DNA from: an uncultured Rhodanobacteraceae bacterium | Lineage (GTDB): Bacteria > Pseudomonadota > Gammaproteobacteria > Xanthomonadales > Rhodanobacteraceae | Length of the DNA stretch: 33,810 nucleotides | Direction: 5' to 3' | Assembly (NCBI GenBank): GCA_964402805.1 | Contig: CAYOEF010000005.1 | Location: forward strand, 1 to 33,810 | Shown: positions 27,838-33,810 of the stretch, piece after piece | Position numbering within the stretch: position 1 is the stretch's first letter | How the letters are laid out: each line of letters starts with the position of its first letter | Notes under the pieces: generated by a model | Told to the model about the DNA's origin: nothing | What the model saw: the letters and a program-made list of their open reading frames with translations, nothing else | Database searches by the model: none | Program-made: the position numbers and the translations under genes

Positions 27838-28443
27838 TTATAACGGCAAGCGGTGCGGCTTGTCGATGCGCCGCGCCGGCCACAGGCCCACGCCACGCAA
27901 CAGGCGCGCCGTTTCATGGAGCGGCAGTCCCATGACGCCGGAGTAGCTGCCCTCGATACGGGACACGCAGGCCGCAGCCCGTCCCTGGATGGCGTAGCCG
28001 CCGGCCTTGCCCAGATATTCGCCGGCATCGAGCAATGCGGCAAGGGTTACGGTATCGAGTGTATCGAATGTGACCTTCGACACGCTGCGCGCGCATTCCT
28101 CGTGATCCCGCGCGAGGACGCACACGACGGACACCACCTCATGCACGCGGCCGGAAAGCCGGCGCAACATGGCCGTGGCCGCGGCGGCATCGGCCGGCTT
28201 GCCGAAAATGACGTCGTCGAGCACCACCTCGGTGTCGCCGGCCAGCACCACCGCATCGGCGGCATCGGCGACGCTGGCGAGCCCCGCGCGTGCCTTCTCA
28301 CGCGCGACACGGTGGACGTAGTCGCATGGCGACTCGCCAACGCCGGGGCACTCCGGCACATCCACGTCCAGGACGCGAAAGCCCACTCCCAACTGCTCGA
28401 GCAGTTGCCTTCGGCGCGGCGATCTTGAAGCGAGATACAGCAT
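27838..28443 (-). CDS. maf: Maf family nucleoside triphosphate pyrophosphatase (YhdE-like)
   Basis: MLYLASRSPRRRQLL, DT..GKP, KAGGYAIQG, VMGLPL; GGAG upstream. Confidence 0.94.
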   Translation of the reverse strand: MLYLASRSPRRRQLLEQLGVGFRVLDVDVPECPGVGESPCDYVHRVAREKARAGLASVADAADAVVLAGDTEVVLDDVIFGKPADAAAATAMLRRLSGRVHEVVSVVCVLARDHEECARSVSKVTFDTLDTVTLAALLDAGEYLGKAGGYAIQGRAAACVSRIEGSYSGVMGLPLHETARLLRGVGLWPARRIDKPHRLPL

Positions 28444-28518
28444 CCCGACCGGTGACTCCAAAGCAACAAGCATAGTCGATGCGAGGCCGGCGGGCAGGTA
28501 TCGACCGGGTCGTGCTCC

Positions 28519-28548
28519 TTGGCGCGCAACCGTTCCTGGATCTACAAT
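28519..28548 (+). promoter_or_regulatory. Sigma70-type promoter of the thi operon
   Basis: TTGGCG-18 nt-TACAAT; the predicted start (about 28555) coincides with the 5' strand of riboswitch P1. Confidence 0.65.
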
Positions 28549-28554
28549 CAGAGC

Positions 28555-28638
28555 CATGACATGGGGTGCCCGCGCGAACGGGCTGAGATCATACCCATCG
28601 AACCTGAACTGGTTGATACCTGCGTAGGAATCGTCATG
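28555..28638 (+). ncRNA. TPP riboswitch (THI element)
   Basis: GGGGTGC...GCTGAGA...ACCC...GAACCTGA...GG..ATACC.GCGTAGGA consensus; P1 CATGAC/GTCATG; upstream of thiamine genes. Confidence 0.96.
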
Positions 28639-28746
28639 CCTCGAACGAAATCCAGTGTGGCCGGCGCATGCCCCTTGCGCCGTGCATGCCCGTACGACTT
28701 CCCCCAAGCCTGCGAGTACACGACGCATATCGTGGCATTACCGTGA
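28636..28746 (+). CDS. Putative 36-aa leader ORF coupled to thiO
   Basis: AGGA-6 nt-ATG inside the aptamer 3' end; MPRTKSSVAGACPLRRACPYDFPQACEYTTHIVALP; TGA overlaps the thiO ATG (TGATG). Confidence 0.5.
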   Translation: MPRTKSSVAGACPLRRACPYDFPQACEYTTHIVALP

Positions 28747-29720
28747 TGGTTGGCCCAATCACCATCATCGGCGCCGGTGTGGCGGGCCTCACCGCGGCGA
28801 TCGAACTGTCCGGCACCGGCGCCGAGGTCGAGGTGATCGAACGTGCGCCGTCCATCGAGCGTGCCGGTTGCAGCTGGTTTGCCGGCGGCATGCTGGCACC
28901 CTGGTGCGAGCGTGTCGATACGGATCCGGACGTGGCCGAGTTGGGGCGTGCTGCGCCCGCATGGTGGGCCGCCCACGTACCCGGGACCGTGCGTGCGGGG
29001 TCCCTGGTCGTGGCGCTGCCGCGCGATGGCGCCGAGTTGGCGCGCTTCGCCTCGCGTACGCAGGCATTCGAACGTCTGGACGCCGAGGCCATCGCCTCGC
29101 TCGAGCCCGATCTCGCCGGGCGCTTTCGCCACGGACTGTTCTTTCCCGACGAAGCCCATGTCGATCCCCGCCAGGTCCTCCCGTCGCTGCTCGATACCCT
29201 CGTACGGCGCGGTGTGCGCGTGCGTTTCGGGGTCGATGCCCGCGTCATGACCCCGTCGTCGCGCGTTTTGCTCGATTGCCGCGGCTACGCCGCGCGCGAT
29301 GAACTGGACGACCTGCGCGGCGTACGCGGTGAAATGCTGCTACTCGAATGCCATGACGTCCATTTCACGCGCCCGGTCCGCCTGCTGCACCCGCGTGGCG
29401 CCATCTACGCCATTCCGCGTGGAGAGGGTCGTTTCATGATCGGCGGCAGCGTAATCGAAAGCGCGGATGCGGGGCCGGTCACCGCACGCTCGGCGATGCA
29501 GCTGCTCAACGGCGCCTATGCCCTGCACCCGGCGTTTGGCGAGGCACGTATCCTGGAACTCGGGGTGGGTATCCGCCCCGCCTTTGCCGACAATCTGCCA
29601 TGCCTGGTACAGCGCCACGGACACTGGTACCTGAACGGGCTTTTCCGCCATGGTTTCCTGCTCTCGCCCGCGATGGCGCGGCGAACGGTCGACACGCTCC
29701 TTGCAAGGCAATCCGCATGA
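28746..29720 (+). CDS. thiO: Glycine oxidase ThiO
   Basis: GAGVAG FAD motif, SWFAGGMLAP, VRGEM, GIRPA, NGLFRHGFLL; first gene of the thi operon. Confidence 0.92.
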   Translation: MVGPITIIGAGVAGLTAAIELSGTGAEVEVIERAPSIERAGCSWFAGGMLAPWCERVDTDPDVAELGRAAPAWWAAHVPGTVRAGSLVVALPRDGAELARFASRTQAFERLDAEAIASLEPDLAGRFRHGLFFPDEAHVDPRQVLPSLLDTLVRRGVRVRFGVDARVMTPSSRVLLDCRGYAARDELDDLRGVRGEMLLLECHDVHFTRPVRLLHPRGAIYAIPRGEGRFMIGGSVIESADAGPVTARSAMQLLNGAYALHPAFGEARILELGVGIRPAFADNLPCLVQRHGHWYLNGLFRHGFLLSPAMARRTVDTLLARQSA

Positions 29721-29914
29721 ACCTGATCGTCAATAATGAACCCGCGCGCGTCCAGGCGCGCTATCTGGAAGACGCGTTGCAAGAGCTCGGCCATGCCGGG
29801 CGCCATGTCGCGACGGCCGTCAACGGCACCTTCGTGCCGGTCGGCGAGCGTAAAGGCCACGCGTTGCACGAAGGCGACCGGCTGGAAATCCTCGCGCCCA
29901 TGCAGGGAGGTTGA
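29717..29914 (+). CDS. thiS: Sulfur carrier protein ThiS
   Basis: 65 aa MNLIVNNE...ATAVNGTFV...GDRLEILAPMQGG with C-terminal GG; ATGA overlap with thiO. Confidence 0.96.
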   Translation: MNLIVNNEPARVQARYLEDALQELGHAGRHVATAVNGTFVPVGERKGHALHEGDRLEILAPMQGG

Positions 29915-29917
29915 GCG

Positions 29918-30688
29918 ATGCAGGTCTACGATACCGACGTGGCGTCACGGCTGTGGCTGGGAACCGCGCGCTATCCATCGCCATCGATCCTCGCCGATGC
30001 GGTACGCGCCGCCCGCACGGACATGGTCACGGTCTCGCTGCGACGGGAAAGCGGCACGGATCGCTCGGGACAGGACTTCTGGGCGCTGATCCGGGAGCTC
30101 GGCGTGCACGTGTTGCCGAATACCGCCGGCTGCCACACGGTCAAGGAAGCCGTGACCACGGCGCACATGGCGCGTGAAGTGTTCACCACGTCGTGGATCA
30201 AGCTGGAAGTGATCGGCGACGACGACACCTTGCACCCGGACGTGTTCGCCCTGGTCGAGGCCGCGGGCATTCTCGCCGAAGAAGGGTTCTGCGTGTTTCC
30301 CTACACCACCGCCGACATCGGCGTGGCGGCCCGTCTGCTGGATGCCGGCTGCCGGGTGCTCATGCCGCTTGGCGCCGCCCTCGGCAGCGGGCGCGGGCTC
30401 GACAATCGCTGCGGCCTGCGCACCCTGCGCGCCCACTTCCCGGACGTGCCACTGGTCATCGACGCCGGCATCGGCAGACCCTCGCATGCGGTCGAGGCGT
30501 TCGAAATGGGCTACGACGCGGTCCTTCTCAACACCGCCGTGGCGCTGGCCGCGGATCCGGCGCTGATGGCCGCGGCCTTCGCCGGAGCGGTCGAAGCCGG
30601 CCACCAGGCATTTCGTGCCGGCCCCGTCCCCGCACGCGACATGGCCGCACCCTCCACGCCCGTCATCGGCAAGGCGTGGCTGCCGTGA
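29918..30688 (+). CDS. thiG: Thiazole synthase
   Basis: LPNTAGC, WIKLEVI (Schiff-base Lys), [14 protein letters not shown]. Confidence 0.97.
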   Translation: MQVYDTDVASRLWLGTARYPSPSILADAVRAARTDMVTVSLRRESGTDRSGQDFWALIRELGVHVLPNTAGCHTVKEAVTTAHMAREVFTTSWIKLEVIGDDDTLHPDVFALVEAAGILAEEGFCVFPYTTADIGVAARLLDAGCRVLMPLGAALGSGRGLDNRCGLRTLRAHFPDVPLVIDAGIGRPSHAVEAFEMGYDAVLLNTAVALAADPALMAAAFAGAVEAGHQAFRAGPVPARDMAAPSTPVIGKAWLP

Positions 30689-31311
30689 CACTCCTTGATC
30701 CCTTCTACCCGGTCGTCGACAGTGCGGCGTGGGTCGAAAGACTGGTGTGCTGGGGAGCACGCTGCGTGCAGCTGCGCATCAAGGACCAGCCGGTGGACGC
30801 CATCCGATCCGGCATCCGCCGTGCACTGGCGGCCTGCCGCACGACGCACGCCCAGCTGATCGTGAACGACTATTGGCAACTGGCGCTGGAAACCGGCGCC
30901 GATTTCGTGCATCTGGGCCAGGATGACCTTACGCATGCCGACCTCGACGCGATCCGGCGTGGCGGCCTGCGCCTGGGTATCAGTACCCACGACCACGCGG
31001 AACTGGAACGCGCGCTGGCGGCCCGTCCGGACTATGTGGCGCTGGGACCGGTCTATCACACCACGCTCAAGGTGATGCCCTGGGCACCACAGGGACTCGA
31101 CCGCGTGCGCGAATGGAAACGCCGCATCGGCATGCTGCCGCTGGTGGCGATCGGCGGCATCACCCTGGAGCGGGCGCACGCGTGCCTCGGAGCCGGTGCC
31201 GACGCGTTGGCCATGGTGAGCGACATCACCCGCCACGACGAACCCGAGGCCCGGACCCGGGCGTGGCTTGCCGCTGTCCGGAACGAGTCCGCGTCCCGTG
31301 CGTGCAGGTGA
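30685..31311 (+). CDS. thiE: Thiamine-phosphate synthase
   Basis: GTG start overlapping the thiG stop; QLRIK, VND, HLGQDD, GISTH, TTLK, VAIGGI. Confidence 0.95.
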   Translation: MTLLDPFYPVVDSAAWVERLVCWGARCVQLRIKDQPVDAIRSGIRRALAACRTTHAQLIVNDYWQLALETGADFVHLGQDDLTHADLDAIRRGGLRLGISTHDHAELERALAARPDYVALGPVYHTTLKVMPWAPQGLDRVREWKRRIGMLPLVAIGGITLERAHACLGAGADALAMVSDITRHDEPEARTRAWLAAVRNESASRACR

Positions 31312-31400
31312 CGAGGGCACGGCACGCCCGAGGGCACGGCACGCCGTGCCCCTACGTCGCATAAAAGCGGGATTCTGTAGGGGCACGGCGTGCCGTGCCC
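31312..31400. repeat. GTAG-family REP doublet (REPIN-like) with an extra partial copy
   Basis: GTAGGGGCACGGCGTGCCGTGCCC at 31377-31400 and its exact reverse complement at 31332-31355; 17-bp tandem repeat at 31312-31328 and 31329-31345. Confidence 0.85.
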
Positions 31401-31533
31401 CAGGTTGTGTTCCGCCCGGAGGTGCCGTGTGATGCCTTTTGGAATCCCGGGTCGATCCGCGCTCGAAATCCTGCGGAACTTCCGCCGCGGACCGGTATGC
31501 CAGCACGTCACGATGTCCCGGACAGCAGTGCGT

Positions 31534-32004
31534 TCACCCGCGATGATAAGGATGCCCCGCAAGAATGCTCGTCGCCCGATACAACTGCTCCGCGACAACC
31601 AGCCGCACCAGCATGTGCGGGAGCGTGAGCGGCCCGAGCGACCAGCGTTGGTCGGCCCGCGACAGGACCGCGCCGGCGTGGCCATCAGGTCCGCCGATCA
31701 CGAACGCGACGTCACGCCCATCCATGCGCCAGGCCGCCAGCTGCCCCGCAAGCTCTTCGCTGCGCCAGGGCTTGCCGCCGCCATCCAACGCCACGATGCG
31801 CATACCGCTGTCGATGGCGGCCAGGATCGCGGCGCCCTCGTCGTCGACAGCCCGTCGCGCGTCGCGGCCCTTGCCGCGCAGGCCGGCGCGTATCTCGACG
31901 AGATCCAGCGGCAGTACGTGGGACAGGCGCTTGCGGTACTCGGCGAAACCACCGGCCACCCACGCCGGCATGTGTTCGCCGACAGCGACGATGCGCGCGT
32001 GCAT
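31534..32004 (-). CDS. rlmH: 23S rRNA (pseudouridine-1915-N3)-methyltransferase
   Basis: FVIGGPDG, SLGPLTLPH, EQLYRA, HPYHR. Confidence 0.97.
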   Translation of the reverse strand: MHARIVAVGEHMPAWVAGGFAEYRKRLSHVLPLDLVEIRAGLRGKGRDARRAVDDEGAAILAAIDSGMRIVALDGGGKPWRSEELAGQLAAWRMDGRDVAFVIGGPDGHAGAVLSRADQRWSLGPLTLPHMLVRLVVAEQLYRATSILAGHPYHRG

Positions 32005-32016
32005 GCAGGGTGCCGG

Positions 32017-32421
32017 TCAGGCTCCTGACGCCTTTTCGGCGCTTCGCGCCACGTCGTCATCAGCCACGTTCCACAGGCGTTCGAGTCCGTAGAACTCGCG
32101 TGTCCGGGGCAGCATGACATGCACGATGATGTCACCCAGATCGACCAGCACCCATTCGGCATCGCGTTCGCCTTCCACGCCCAGCGGCGCAACGCCGGCC
32201 TGCTTGGCAAAACGCACGACCTGTTCGGCGATGGACTTGACGTGGCGCGCGGACGTCCCGGATGCGATCACGATGGTATCGGCGATGGTCGTCTTGCCGC
32301 GCACGTCGATCTCGCACACGTCCCGCGCCTTGAGGTCATCCAGCGCATCGAGCACGCGCCTGCGCAGTTCGGGTTCATCGAGGGGACGTGAACGGGCGGC
32401 GGGTCGGCTCATGGTCGTCAA
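32017..32421 (-). CDS. rsfS: Ribosome silencing factor
   Basis: LDDLKA, IASGTSARHV, WVLVDLGDIIVHVM, REFYGLERLW. TTG start after GGAG (alternative ATG 32412). Confidence 0.96.
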   Translation of the reverse strand: MTTMSRPAARSRPLDEPELRRRVLDALDDLKARDVCEIDVRGKTTIADTIVIASGTSARHVKSIAEQVVRFAKQAGVAPLGVEGERDAEWVLVDLGDIIVHVMLPRTREFYGLERLWNVADDDVARSAEKASGA

Positions 32422-32480
32422 TACGGATACTCCGGGTAGGGCATAATCGGTCGCGGCGATTGATCAGGTTGCCGGGGGCC

Positions 32481-32486
32481 ATTATA
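32481..32486 (-). promoter_or_regulatory. Possible internal promoter (-10 box) for rsfS-rlmH
   Basis: Perfect TATAAT in the GC-rich nadD-rsfS gap; no well-spaced -35 found. Confidence 0.45.
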
Positions 32487-32527
32487 ACCTCCCGTACCGG
32501 CACGCCGTCGCAACGCCGGGCAGCCAT

Positions 32528-33163
32528 TCATGGGCCGCGGTAGGGATCGAGCAGGTGTGAATCCACGCCGATCCCGGGTGGAAGCAGGTAATGCGGATCG
32601 CGCCCCGCGGCCAGCAGCTCGCGGACGTGACTCGCGGATATGGTCAATGGCGTCACGGCAAGCTCGATGACGCGTCCGGCCGGCTCCTGCTTCAATACGC
32701 CGGCGTCTTGCACGCGGCGTGGCGCGACCTCGCGCTCGAGCTGGCCTGGCAGGACACGGCTGCAACCCGGGCGCGACAGTATCGCGATATGCGCGAGCCG
32801 GAAGATGTCCCGCCAGCGCTCCCAGCCCGCGAATTCCCGGAAGGCATCCGCGCCTGCCAGCATGACCAGCGGCCGCAACGGTTCCTCGGCGCGCAACTGC
32901 GCCAGGGTGTCCACGCTGTACGACGGGCCGTCGCGTTCCAGTTCGCGCGTGTCCAGGCGCAGGCGATCCTGGCCGCCCAATGCCGCCTGCAGCAGCGCCA
33001 CGCGCTCGACGGCGCTGGCATGGGGCGGCGAACGGTGCGGCGGAACGCGCGCCGGCACCAGGCGGACTTCCGCATCGAGCAATTCGGACGCCTCCCAGGC
33101 CACGCTGAGATGACCCAGATGCACCGGGTCGAACGTTCCGCCCAGGATCGCCAGCGGCTTCAT
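32528..33163 (-). CDS. nadD: Nicotinate-nucleotide adenylyltransferase
   Basis: GGTFDPVHLGH, PPHR, SYSVDTL, GAD, W-x-RW, ISAS-x-VR; ATGA overlap with holA. Confidence 0.96.
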   Translation of the reverse strand: MKPLAILGGTFDPVHLGHLSVAWEASELLDAEVRLVPARVPPHRSPPHASAVERVALLQAALGGQDRLRLDTRELERDGPSYSVDTLAQLRAEEPLRPLVMLAGADAFREFAGWERWRDIFRLAHIAILSRPGCSRVLPGQLEREVAPRRVQDAGVLKQEPAGRVIELAVTPLTISASHVRELLAAGRDPHYLLPPGIGVDSHLLDPYRGP

Positions 33164-33810
33164 GCGCCGGCCCGGCTGCGTGGCGGACGGGCCATGGCGA
33201 CGACCAGTCGTTGCGCTTCACGCCACGGATTGCCGGCCTCGCGTCCCTTGATCATGCGGTCGATGCGGGCGGCCCGCACCAGGCATTCGCGCCAATGGCG
33301 GGTCGGTGCCCGGCGCAGGGCGCTCGCGAAAAGCTGTTGGCGCGTCGGCCACAGGTGTTCGGCGCGGGCCTGGGCCGCGAAATCGGGCGCCGACGCCAGG
33401 CGTGCCGCGAGTTCCAGTTGCGCGACCAGCCAGCCCATCAGGGCCGGCAGATCGTCGCCCTCGGCTTCCAGTCCTTCCATGATGTGGATGGCACGCGTTG
33501 CGTCCGCGCCAAAGGCGGCATCGGTCAGCTTGAATACGTCGTAGCGCGAACTGTCCACCACCAGCGCCTTGAGGTCGGCGGCGTCAAGGCGGCCCCCCTT
33601 GTGCACGATGGCCAGCTTGTCGATCTCCTGGGCCGCGGCCAGCAGGTTGCCCTCGACGCGCCCGGCCAGCACCGCCACGGCCTCCGGCGTGGCATCGACA
33701 CCCCGTGAAGCGAGACGGGCGGCAAGCCATGCCGGCCACTCGCGCAACGTGGGTGCCGGCAAGGTCACCATCGCGCCGACATCCTCCACGGCACGCGACC
33801 AGGCGCCTTC
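33160..33810 (-). CDS. holA: DNA polymerase III subunit delta, 3' part (runs off the window end)
   Basis: VEGNLLAAAQEIDKL, RYDVFKL, IDRMIKG; conserved holA-nadD-rsfS order. Confidence 0.95.
   Translation of the reverse strand, partial: EGAWSRAVEDVGAMVTLPAPTLREWPAWLAARLASRGVDATPEAVAVLAGRVEGNLLAAAQEIDKLAIVHKGGRLDAADLKALVVDSSRYDVFKLTDAAFGADATRAIHIMEGLEAEGDDLPALMGWLVAQLELAARLASAPDFAAQARAEHLWPTRQQLFASALRRAPTRHWRECLVRAARIDRMIKGREAGNPWREAQRLVVAMARPPRSRAGA

Noticed and set aside
27783-28728. Long N-terminal extensions on the rng and maf ORF calls
   Set aside because: They overlap maf and the riboswitch respectively; family N-termini and SD sequences give starts at 27782 and 28443.
30193-30684. Possible ThiG-ThiE fusion or extended ThiE (372-aa ORF)
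   Set aside because: The extension is an alternate frame over thiG; a normal GTGA overlap explains thiE.
31312-31400. Possible mini CRISPR array
   Set aside because: The copies are inverted or abutting, there are no unique spacers of regular length and no cas genes; it fits a REP.

Overview
High-GC chromosomal segment, most likely from a gammaproteobacterium of the Xanthomonadales/Rhodanobacteraceae type (inferred from gene order and protein style, not a database hit). It runs from the 5' end of pyrG to the 3' part of holA. Order: pyrG' / GH15 glycosidase / slyD / dinF-like MATE / dacB / cold-shock gene with a long leader / rhomboid / lipoprotein / sugar-type ABC importer with two tandem binding proteins / acs / satP / CrbR-CrbS two-component system / metallophosphoesterase / small Cys-containing protein / yhdP-rng-maf / TPP riboswitch with thiO-S-G-E / REP doublet / rlmH-rsfS-nadD-holA'. 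I see no CRISPR array, prophage, transposase, tRNA or rRNA. I cannot demonstrate a wholly new system. The best candidates are: (i) a TPP riboswitch that seems to act through a 36-codon leader ORF whose start codon lies in P1 and whose stop overlaps the thiO start; (ii) a compact acetate module (CrbS/R, tandem GAC-N4-GTC boxes, SatP instead of ActP, atypical Acs) followed by an orphan ABC importer with duplicated Cys-containing binding proteins; (iii) structured intergenic regions in that cluster.
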